In this document: positions 15,872 through 23,929 of the stretch, piece by piece | How positions within the stretch are numbered: the stretch's first letter is position 1 | How the letters are laid out: every line of letters starts with the position of its first letter | Assembly: GCA_016198915.1 (NCBI GenBank) | Contig: JACQHS010000110.1 | Location: forward strand, 1 to 40,971 | Direction of reading: 5' to 3' | From: Candidatus Omnitrophota bacterium | GTDB lineage: Bacteria; Omnitrophota; Gorgyraeia; Aquiviventales; Aquiviventaceae | Length of the DNA: 40,971 nt | Made by a program: the position numbers and the translations under genes | The notes under the pieces: model-generated | Databases searched by the model: none | The model's input: only the letters and a program-made list of their open reading frames with translations | Told to the model about the DNA's origin: nothing

Positions 15872-18003
15872 GAGGATTTAGCACCGCGTCCTCTTCGTCG
15901 ATGTCCGCCTCTGTGAGCGTGGCACAGATTCGGCGCTGGGTGGGCCTCACGGTCCTTGGCCTGGCCGGCGTGTGGGTCGTCTTCGCGCAGCTCGTCGCAC
16001 CCCAGGCGATTCAGGCGGCCTACCACGGTGAGGGGGCCTCCGTTTTGAGTCACATCATCCGAGAGCTCGGCCAGCCGCTGGATGAGCTCCTGTGGCGCTG
16101 GGGCATGCTCACCCAGGCGGTCGTGCTCGGCTGCCTCGGTCTGTGGCTGCTCGTCTGGGTGACCACGAGTCCCGGCTTCTTCAAGCGGTTTGTGGGAGAG
16201 GCCACGCCGGGGACCCTGGGGGCCATCCGGATGCTGACGTGCGGCATCCTGCTCCTCCACACCCTGTGGGAGGGGCTGGCGAGCACCGCGCTGCTTCCCA
16301 GGGAGATGATCAATACCCCCGGAGGTATCATGCGCGTGCTGGCCCTCCTGCCCATCGGGTTTGAGCGCTTCCTGGCTAACGAGACTGCGCTCGGAGTCTT
16401 CCAGTGGGTGACCGGGGCGCTGCTGTTCTTGGGCGCGATCGGTTGGAGGACGCGGATCACGGTTCCATTGGGCGCCGTGGGCTACCTGCTCATGGGGGGG
16501 ATCTTTCGCCTGTACGCGTGGTTCTACCACACGGGCGTGATCCCGGTGTACGTGATGGCGGTGCTCTCGCTGACGCCCTGCGGGGACGGGTGGTCGGTCG
16601 ATCGTCTGCGGAAAGTGGCCAGAGGAGCGCCGGTGCCTCCTGCCGATCGGGCCACCGCCGTCTACGGATGGGCTCGGTACGCGTGCTGGGTGGTGATTGC
16701 CCTGCCGTACCTGGCGGCTGGGATGAGCAAGCTTCGCAATAGCGGGCTGACGTGGTGGAATGCCACGAACATGAGGATCTTCCTGTACCGGGATACCCTC
16801 AACCCGATGGGGTTTGAGTCCGAGCTGTCCTTGCGGCTCACCTCAGCCCCCGATGCGGTATTTGCGGTGTTGGGTCTCGTCGGGCTTCTTGCTGAGCTCG
16901 TCTTCGTATCGGTCCTCTTCTCCCGCTGGGCCCGCCGGATCCTGCCGTTTGTGGCGGCCGGCATGCACGCAGGGATTTTCCTTCTGCAGAACATCCTGTT
17001 TCTGGATCTCATGCTGCTCCAGCTGGCGTTCATCGATTGGACCAGGATCCGCACGGCGGCTGGCCGGTGGCTCGAGGCCCACCGAGGGACCCTTGAGGTC
17101 CTTTACGATGGGCAGTGCCCGCTGTGCGTCCGGAGCGTCCGTCTGCTGGGTCCGCTCGATCTGTTCAATCGGTTGCGCTGGATTGATTTTCGGACGTTGA
17201 ACCTGACGGACTACAACGCCGGGCATGGCGTGAGGCTCACGTCGAGTGAGCTGGAACAAGCGATGGCCGTCGTGTCGCGGAGAAGGACGCGCCAAGGGTT
17301 TAAGGCCTGGAGGGCCATCGCGCAGGCGATTCCGGCAGGCTGGCTTGTGGCCCCCTGGCTCTACGTGCCGGGGATCCCCTGGCTGGGTGAGCGGGTCTAC
17401 CGGCGCGTGGCGCAGAGTCGCCACAAGCTCTTCAAGTGCGATGCGGCTTGCGCACACGAGGGCGAGGCGGCGCAGGGGCTCGCCCCGCAGCCGAGGAGAG
17501 CTCCCAACGCGCTGCGGGGTCCTCTGGTGGTGTCCGCGTCGGCCATCGTGTTGCTGCTGTGCTGGATCTACCGTGTGGAGGAGTATCCGCTCACCGCCCT
17601 GCAGATGTACACGAAGCCCACGACAGGGATCGCGGAGTACTACAAGGTTCTGGCGCACCGGGCCTCCGGCGAGACCGCCACCGCCCGCATCAAGGAGGCC
17701 ATCCCCGCGATGACCGACGGGCGCTATCGCCGGGTCATCCGGATGTGCTTCAAGCCGGACCAGGTGCAGGTGTGCGAGAAGTTTCTTGCCGCGTGCGGGG
17801 CGGCCTTCAACGCACAGGCTCGCGCCGGCGAACGGGTCACCCATCTCGAAATCCAGAAATGGGCGTGGGATGTCCGCGCTAATCCCTCGGACCCTGAACA
17901 TGGGCGGCTGGCCGACCGTTTTCTCTTCTCGCTGGAGTCGAAGAAGTCCGTGGAGGCGCAAACGCTGCTTGTAGCGTTCGACGAAGTCGGACAGCGCCAA
18001 TGA
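15868..18003 (+). CDS. Fusion protein: HTTM (vitamin-K-dependent gamma-carboxylase-like) membrane domain + DCC/DUF393 CxxC thiol-disulfide oxidoreductase + TM + unknown C-terminal domain
   Basis: HTTM-like 'LGAIRMLTCGILLL', 'LFLGAIGWRTRI', 'GDGWSVDRL' and 'YLAAGMSKL' match human GGCX 'LAVFRFLFGFLMVL', 'LGMMLGLCYRI', 'HYWSVDGL' and 'FIAGVKKL'. DCC module 'LEVLYDGQCPLCVRSVRLL...GERVYRRVAQSRHKLF' (CPLC codons 17116-17127). Confidence 0.7.
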   Translation: MRGFSTASSSSMSASVSVAQIRRWVGLTVLGLAGVWVVFAQLVAPQAIQAAYHGEGASVLSHIIRELGQPLDELLWRWGMLTQAVVLGCLGLWLLVWVTTSPGFFKRFVGEATPGTLGAIRMLTCGILLLHTLWEGLASTALLPREMINTPGGIMRVLALLPIGFERFLANETALGVFQWVTGALLFLGAIGWRTRITVPLGAVGYLLMGGIFRLYAWFYHTGVIPVYVMAVLSLTPCGDGWSVDRLRKVARGAPVPPADRATAVYGWARYACWVVIALPYLAAGMSKLRNSGLTWWNATNMRIFLYRDTLNPMGFESELSLRLTSAPDAVFAVLGLVGLLAELVFVSVLFSRWARRILPFVAAGMHAGIFLLQNILFLDLMLLQLAFIDWTRIRTAAGRWLEAHRGTLEVLYDGQCPLCVRSVRLLGPLDLFNRLRWIDFRTLNLTDYNAGHGVRLTSSELEQAMAVVSRRRTRQGFKAWRAIAQAIPAGWLVAPWLYVPGIPWLGERVYRRVAQSRHKLFKCDAACAHEGEAAQGLAPQPRRAPNALRGPLVVSASAIVLLLCWIYRVEEYPLTALQMYTKPTTGIAEYYKVLAHRASGETATARIKEAIPAMTDGRYRRVIRMCFKPDQVQVCEKFLAACGAAFNAQARAGERVTHLEIQKWAWDVRANPSDPEHGRLADRFLFSLESKKSVEAQTLLVAFDEVGQRQ

Positions 18004-19949
18004 GGTCGAAGGTGTGGCTTGCGGTGCGCATCGGTGCTGTGGTTGGGGCGCTGGTGGGAGCTGCGGAGTGCCTCGCGTTGCTCCTGCGGATCCCGTCGTG
18101 GCCACTCGATACCCCCACGATCCCGGTGGCCATGATGATCTACGGGTTCATTGCGGCAGTGATGGCTGGGGTGTGGGGACTGGCCGCGTGGCGTCGTCTG
18201 GATCATCAGACGTTTCAAGTCAGAACGGTGATGTGTACGCTGTTAGCCATGACCTATTTGCTTGGGGGCTATTGGATTCACCGATGGTGGTCGCCTCAGC
18301 TCCTGGCGCTTCCCAGCCTCCTGGTGACTGGGTTGTGGACCCTGGCGTGGCTGATCGGAAGCTGGATCTTGCTGAGGCCTCCTGGACGGCCTTCAGCCTC
18401 CTTTGAGACCAGTTGGGTCCGTCCCCTTCGAGGACTGATGCTCGGACTGCTCGTGGTCGCCGGTGCGTCACTGATGCTGCCCTCCCTGTGGATCAGGACC
18501 CATCAGGTCCTCGGCGCACGGGACGTTCCCGGGGGGACTCAACGCCCGAATATCCTGCTGATTGTGATGGACACCGCACGGGCCGACCGTTTCTCCTCCT
18601 ACGGCTACCACCGCAAGACAACCCCCAACCTTGATCGCCTGGCCCAGGACGGCGTGCTGTTCGAGCGCGCAAGCTCAGCAGCCCCTTGGACGTTGCCTTC
18701 ACACGCCACGCTCTTTACCGGGCTCTATCCAGCCCAGCATCAAGCGGAACGGCCGCATCCGCGCTTGGACAGTCGTTTCGCGACGCTGGCGGAGCTCTTG
18801 TACGACCACGGCTATCAGACCGCAGGTTTTTCGAATAACCACTGGGTCAGCCGAGAGATGAACTTTCACCAGGGGTTTGAGCACTTTGACGACATGCTGG
18901 ACGGCGGCCGGCTGATCAACCGGCTTGCGGTGGTGCGCGTCATGAAGAAGGTCACAGGGCTTGTGACTCGACGCCTCGACGACGGTGCGGAAGCGACTAA
19001 TCAAAGCGTCAGACGGTGGCTCAAGACGGTCTTCGATCCCGGCCGACCGTTCTTTGTCTTCATCAACTACCGTGAGCCGCATTTTCCCTACAAGCCGCCT
19101 GAGGCCTTCCGGAGCCGTTTCCTTCGACACCCACGCGAACCGGTGGAAAAGGTGCTTGAGGTTGCTGCGAGCCTCCATCGGTTCGCTCCGGCTGCCCATC
19201 AGGCCGCTCGTGTCGATCGGCCGATGCGGCAGCTCCTGAACGACCTCTACGACGGGGAGATCGCGTACCTGGATGCGAAGATTGGAGAGCTGTTAGGGGA
19301 GCTGGAGACCCGCCGGCTCCTCGACGATACCGTGGTCATTGTGACCAGCGACCACGGGGAGAACATCGGCGACCACGGGCTCTTCGGCCATCAGTTCTCC
19401 GTGTATGAAACCCTGCTGCACGTCCCCCTGGTCCTGCGCTACCCCGCCGGCTTGCCCGCCGGCAGGCGGGTGGCAGAGCGCGTCTCCCTGGTGGACCTGC
19501 TGCCCACCCTGATCGAACTCCTCTCCCTCGCGGCGCCGAGCCTTCAGGCGGCCCTGCCGGGTCACAGTTGGGTCGGTTCGTCCCTCGTCGTGGCGCCGGA
19601 CCTGCCCATCCGATCCGAGTATGCGGCTCCGGTTCCCATGCTGGCACGAAGCAGGACGCGGGGACAAGCGATCGACGAGCGTTCTTTCATGCGGAGCCTG
19701 AAGAGCCTTTCCCGTGGCGGCGTCAAGTTCATCTGGGCCTCCGACGGACACCATGAACTCTACGACCTGCGTCACGATCCCGGAGAATCGCAGAATGTCA
19801 TCCAGCAGTTTCCGGACACAGCGAGAGCGCTAAAGGCGGAGCTGGACCAGTGGTTGACGGCCATGCAGTCCGCAGGCACTCCGGAGGACGTCGAGCCGAT
19901 GAGGGAGTGGACGCGCAAGGAACTGCGAGCCCTGGGGTATCTCCAATGA
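18000..19949 (+). CDS. Membrane-anchored alkaline-phosphatase-superfamily (sulfatase-like) enzyme, Thr-nucleophile type, paralog 1
   Basis: N-terminal TM bundle, then 'NILLIVMDTARADRFSSYGY', 'APWTLPSHATLFTGLYP' (Thr codon 18690-18692) and 'VIVTSDHGENIGDHGLFGH'. ATGA overlaps at both ends. Confidence 0.8.
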   Translation: MRSKVWLAVRIGAVVGALVGAAECLALLLRIPSWPLDTPTIPVAMMIYGFIAAVMAGVWGLAAWRRLDHQTFQVRTVMCTLLAMTYLLGGYWIHRWWSPQLLALPSLLVTGLWTLAWLIGSWILLRPPGRPSASFETSWVRPLRGLMLGLLVVAGASLMLPSLWIRTHQVLGARDVPGGTQRPNILLIVMDTARADRFSSYGYHRKTTPNLDRLAQDGVLFERASSAAPWTLPSHATLFTGLYPAQHQAERPHPRLDSRFATLAELLYDHGYQTAGFSNNHWVSREMNFHQGFEHFDDMLDGGRLINRLAVVRVMKKVTGLVTRRLDDGAEATNQSVRRWLKTVFDPGRPFFVFINYREPHFPYKPPEAFRSRFLRHPREPVEKVLEVAASLHRFAPAAHQAARVDRPMRQLLNDLYDGEIAYLDAKIGELLGELETRRLLDDTVVIVTSDHGENIGDHGLFGHQFSVYETLLHVPLVLRYPAGLPAGRRVAERVSLVDLLPTLIELLSLAAPSLQAALPGHSWVGSSLVVAPDLPIRSEYAAPVPMLARSRTRGQAIDERSFMRSLKSLSRGGVKFIWASDGHHELYDLRHDPGESQNVIQQFPDTARALKAELDQWLTAMQSAGTPEDVEPMREWTRKELRALGYLQ

Positions 19950-21952
19950 GGGGAAGGACCTCAAGGGTCACAAAGGGTCTGAGCGGTTTCAGAACCTTCA
20001 GCGCTGCCCTGCTGCAAGGTGTGCTCTGCGGGATCGCGGTCGGATGGTTGACCGGGTTCTTGGAAGTCGTGGTGTTCTTGCCCAACCCCACAGGGACGGC
20101 TCACCACTTCCTCCTGCCCGCGATGCTGTTCTACAGCGTGGTCTGGTCGGTTGTGGCGTTGGCGTTCGGGGTGACGCTGTGGCTGGCGTGCCGGCTGTTC
20201 AATAGGCCGCTTCGGCCTGGCGAGCCTCTGACGCGCTGGTACCTGGCCGTGCTGATTCCCTTGGGGCTGTTCGTGATCGCCGGCGGGCATATCAACATGC
20301 GGTATCTTCCCTCCTTTACCGATGGGCGCTCCTTGCTCTTTGATGCCGTGTTTTTGGCGGCGAATGTGCTGCTGGGGTTGTGGCTCTATCGGCATGGGGT
20401 GGGGTGGGGATGGCGCTTCATCAGGAGGCCATCACGCAGGCTCTGGTGGGCGCTGAGCGCGGGAGGCGTGGCGATCGGCCTTGTGGCGGGCAGCGTGTTG
20501 CTCTGGGGAAGACCTCACGTGGCTCCAACGGTGCGGCCGGCGAGGGCGGATGCCGTCCCCAACGTGCTGTTGATTGCGATCGACGCCTTGCGGCCCGACC
20601 ACGTCTCCGCCTACGGCTATGAGCGGCGGACCACGCCCAGCCTCGATCAACTGGCGCGCGAGGGAGCGCGGTTCACCGAGGCCTACGCGAATTCATCCTG
20701 GACGAAGACCTCGGTGCCGACCATGTTGGCGTCGATCTACCCCTCGGCGCACAACGTGCATCACATGGCGTCCGGGGTGCCGGAATCCCTCTTGCTGCTG
20801 CCTGAGGTGCTGCAATTGCACGGCTATGCGACGGGGATCTTTTCGGCGAATTCCTTCGTCTCGCCGCTCTTTGGTTTTGACCAAGGGGTTGAGGAGTTCT
20901 ATCACGAAGACGTGTCGTTCTTCAAAAATCTGATGTTGGGCCACATCCTGGCGAGTTTGCGCCAGTACTCCCCAGCGATCACCTGGGTCTATCGGGGGCT
21001 GATAAATCTTGACCTGCCGGCGCCCTTTGGCAACCGGAGGAACATCGCAGCACCCGGCTTGAACAAGGCCTTGCTCGACTGGGTTCGCACGCTGGAGGGC
21101 CGGCCGTTCTTTGCGTACATGCATTACATGGAACCGCACACGCCGTACGCGCCGCCGGCGCCCTTCGACACCCTGTTTGATCCCGCGTACCGGCGTCCCT
21201 ATGAGACCGACGGCCCGATCTCTGAGGGCTTTGAGCCGTTTGAACGGAGCGACGCCCTCACTCCTCAACGGCGGCAGAACCTGATTGCGCAATATGACGG
21301 GGAGATCGCCTATGTCGATCAGATGATCGGTGAGCTGTTCCGGAGGCTCAAGGAGTTGGGGCTCTATGAGCGCACGGTGGTCATCATCACGGCGGACCAC
21401 GCGGAAACCTTCTACGAGCATGGCGGGTGGGGCCACGGAAAATCGCTCTTCAATGAGGTGCTGCGTGTGCCCCTCCTCATCCGCTACCCGACTGTCTTCC
21501 CGGCGGGCACGGTGGTGGAAGCGGTGGCCCGTCACGTGGACCTGATGCCGACGATCCTGGAACTCTGTTCGATTGCGCCGGCCGGCTTCATGGAGGGAAC
21601 GGGGCTGGTGTCCCTCGTGCAGGATCCGGAGGCGGCCGGCGACGCGAGGCCGGTGTACAGTGAACTCTTGCGACCGGCTCGGGGATCGTACGGACGGGCT
21701 GTGCAGGACGGCGACTTCAAGCTCATCGAAGTCCACACGCACGATGAGGAACGTTGGCTGCTGTTCGATCTTGCGCAGGACCCGGGGGAGCAACACCCGC
21801 TGGATGTGGAGGCGCATCCGATGGGCCCGCCCCTCAAGGAGCTCCTGGCCTCGTTTCAAGAACGGGCAGCGCGGATGGCGGTGGCCCCGAAGACCGTCAA
21901 GATCGATCGGGAGACACGGGATCGCCTGCGAGCCGTTGGCTACCTGCACTAG
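19946..21952 (+). CDS. Membrane-anchored AP-superfamily (sulfatase-like) enzyme, Thr type, paralog 2 (divergent)
   Basis: TM bundle, then 'NVLLIAIDALRPDHVSAYGY', 'SSWTKTSVPTMLASIYP' (Thr codon 20702-20704) and 'VIITADHAETFYEHGGWGHG'. ATG 19946 overlaps the upstream TGA. Confidence 0.8.
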   Translation: MRGRTSRVTKGLSGFRTFSAALLQGVLCGIAVGWLTGFLEVVVFLPNPTGTAHHFLLPAMLFYSVVWSVVALAFGVTLWLACRLFNRPLRPGEPLTRWYLAVLIPLGLFVIAGGHINMRYLPSFTDGRSLLFDAVFLAANVLLGLWLYRHGVGWGWRFIRRPSRRLWWALSAGGVAIGLVAGSVLLWGRPHVAPTVRPARADAVPNVLLIAIDALRPDHVSAYGYERRTTPSLDQLAREGARFTEAYANSSWTKTSVPTMLASIYPSAHNVHHMASGVPESLLLLPEVLQLHGYATGIFSANSFVSPLFGFDQGVEEFYHEDVSFFKNLMLGHILASLRQYSPAITWVYRGLINLDLPAPFGNRRNIAAPGLNKALLDWVRTLEGRPFFAYMHYMEPHTPYAPPAPFDTLFDPAYRRPYETDGPISEGFEPFERSDALTPQRRQNLIAQYDGEIAYVDQMIGELFRRLKELGLYERTVVIITADHAETFYEHGGWGHGKSLFNEVLRVPLLIRYPTVFPAGTVVEAVARHVDLMPTILELCSIAPAGFMEGTGLVSLVQDPEAAGDARPVYSELLRPARGSYGRAVQDGDFKLIEVHTHDEERWLLFDLAQDPGEQHPLDVEAHPMGPPLKELLASFQERAARMAVAPKTVKIDRETRDRLRAVGYLH

Positions 21953-21968
21953 AAACGCTGAGGATGGC

Positions 21969-23918
21969 ATGAGGCAGCAGTTGGTGGTGGCGATGACGAT
22001 CGGCGGAATGGTCGGGGCCTTCTGCGGGGCCGTCGAGGCGGGCGTGTTCTTGGTGCGCATCTCGTGGGGTCCTCTGGATACGCACACGATCGCCAAGGCG
22101 ATGGTGCTCTATGGACTGCCCAACGCGATCATCGTTGGGTTCTGGGGACTGGTCGCGGGGCGAGGGATGGATCTCAGGACGTTTGAGATCAGGACGCTGG
22201 CGTTCAGTCTCCTGACTATGGGCTATCTGTTCGGAGGGTTGTACGTGAACCGGCTGTGGCTGCCTGAGATCACGAAACTTCCGAGCCTGGTTTTCACCGG
22301 ATCCTGGACCCTCGCATGGCTGGCCGGCGCCTGGGCGCTGCTGAAGCTCCGCACACGCCCGGGGCACCCGCCCCGCACCGATCTTGCCTGGATCGGCGCT
22401 CTGCGGATGGCGGCGATCGGACTCGCCGTTGTGGCGGGGCTGTCGTTCGTGCCTCCGCTCCTGGCGGGCAGGCCCACCCGAGCTGGTGGCGCGGCGCCGA
22501 CCGTGCTGGGGCCTGCCGGGCGCCCGAACGTCCTGCTCATCGTGATGGACACCACGCGAGCCGACCGTTTGTCTTCGTACGGATATCCGCGCAACACGAC
22601 CCCGCATCTGGACCGCTTCGCCCAAGAGGGGGTCCTGTTCGAACAGGCGAGCGCGACGGCCCCGTGGACCCTGCCGTCGCATGCGTCGCTGTTCACCGGG
22701 CTGTATGTGGCCCAGCATGGAGCGGACACGTCGCACCGACGGCTCGATGATCACCTGGTCACGCTGGCTGAGCTGCTCCGCGAGCAGGGCTATCAGACGG
22801 TTGGCTTCTCCAACAATGGAGCCGTCAGCGTGGCGATGAACTTTCAGCAAGGGTTTGAGGTGTTCGAAGAGTCGCGCTTTTTCAGGGGGCAGGCGTTTAG
22901 GCAGCTCGCAATCGTTCGGCTCTTGGACCGATTTCAACTCCCGCAGCGCGGGGGCAACGCGCACGCCGCAGAGACCAACAAGCGCATCAGGGCCTGGTTC
23001 GAGCGCCGCTATGACCGCCGTCGGCCGTTCTTCCTGTTCATCAACTACATGGAGCCGCATTTTTCCTATGAGCCGCCTGAGCCGTACCGCAGGCGGTTCC
23101 TCCGACTGCCGAACGAGGTGAGGCGATCGCTCCGGAGGGGGCATGCGGTGATCAAGAGTCCCCCGCCGGTCTCCCTGGACGAGCCGATACGCGAAACCCT
23201 CGGGGACCTCTACGATGGGGAGCTTGCGTATCTCGATATGCGGATCGGCGAGCTGTTGGACGAGTTCAGGGCGCGCAAGCTGCTGGACGACACCGTAGTG
23301 ATCGTGACGAGCGACCACGGCGAGAACATCGGCCATCACGAAATTCTGGGGCATCACGACTGTGTGTACGAGACCCTGCTGCATGTTCCGCTGATCATCC
23401 GGTATCCGAAGGCGCTGCCGGCCGGTGCGCGGGTTGGCCAGCCCGTCTCGCTGGTGGATGTGCTGCCGACGCTACTCGCACTGCTGGAGGTGAGGGCCCC
23501 CGCCCTCGAGGCGTCGCTGCCGGGCTACAGCTTCGTGGGGTCCGGCTTGGCGGTGCGGGAGGATCGGGTCATCCTGTCCGAGTACGAGATCGCACGTCTC
23601 GGGCCGCAGGGCGCCGGGGGGTCGGGACGGACGAATGCAACAGCGGATGCGACGGCGACGGCGAAGCTGAAGAGTCTACGTGAGGGCGCGCTCAAGTTCA
23701 TCCGGTCGCCAGACGGGCGGCATGAGCTCTATGACCTCGAGCGGGATCCGGCCGAGTCGCGCAACCTGATCGCAGAGTTGCCAGGGCAGGCGGCGGCGAT
23801 GGAGGCGAAGCTCGTGAGACACTTCAAGGCCCTGAAGCCGGTCGGCTCACCCGAGCCGGTGCCTGAGCTCGATGCGGTGACGCGCGAGCAGCTCAGAGCG
23901 CTTGGGTATCTTCATTGA
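21969..23918 (+). CDS. Membrane-anchored AP-superfamily (sulfatase-like) enzyme, Thr type, paralog 3 (close to paralog 1)
   Basis: 'NVLLIVMDTTRADRLSSYGY', 'APWTLPSHASLFTGLYV' (Thr codon 22668-22670) and 'VIVTSDHGENIGHHEILGH'. GAGGA at 21960-21964 precedes ATG 21969. Confidence 0.8.
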   Translation: MRQQLVVAMTIGGMVGAFCGAVEAGVFLVRISWGPLDTHTIAKAMVLYGLPNAIIVGFWGLVAGRGMDLRTFEIRTLAFSLLTMGYLFGGLYVNRLWLPEITKLPSLVFTGSWTLAWLAGAWALLKLRTRPGHPPRTDLAWIGALRMAAIGLAVVAGLSFVPPLLAGRPTRAGGAAPTVLGPAGRPNVLLIVMDTTRADRLSSYGYPRNTTPHLDRFAQEGVLFEQASATAPWTLPSHASLFTGLYVAQHGADTSHRRLDDHLVTLAELLREQGYQTVGFSNNGAVSVAMNFQQGFEVFEESRFFRGQAFRQLAIVRLLDRFQLPQRGGNAHAAETNKRIRAWFERRYDRRRPFFLFINYMEPHFSYEPPEPYRRRFLRLPNEVRRSLRRGHAVIKSPPPVSLDEPIRETLGDLYDGELAYLDMRIGELLDEFRARKLLDDTVVIVTSDHGENIGHHEILGHHDCVYETLLHVPLIIRYPKALPAGARVGQPVSLVDVLPTLLALLEVRAPALEASLPGYSFVGSGLAVREDRVILSEYEIARLGPQGAGGSGRTNATADATATAKLKSLREGALKFIRSPDGRHELYDLERDPAESRNLIAELPGQAAAMEAKLVRHFKALKPVGSPEPVPELDAVTREQLRALGYLH

Positions 23919-23929
23919 GGAAACCACTG

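Noticed and set aside
18000-23918. Calling the three paralogs true sulfatases (sulfated EPS or desulfation).
   Set aside because: The C/S-x-P-x-R formylglycine signature is replaced by T-x-P/T-S-H/V in all three, and no maturase gene is visible. They are annotated only as Thr-type AP-superfamily enzymes.
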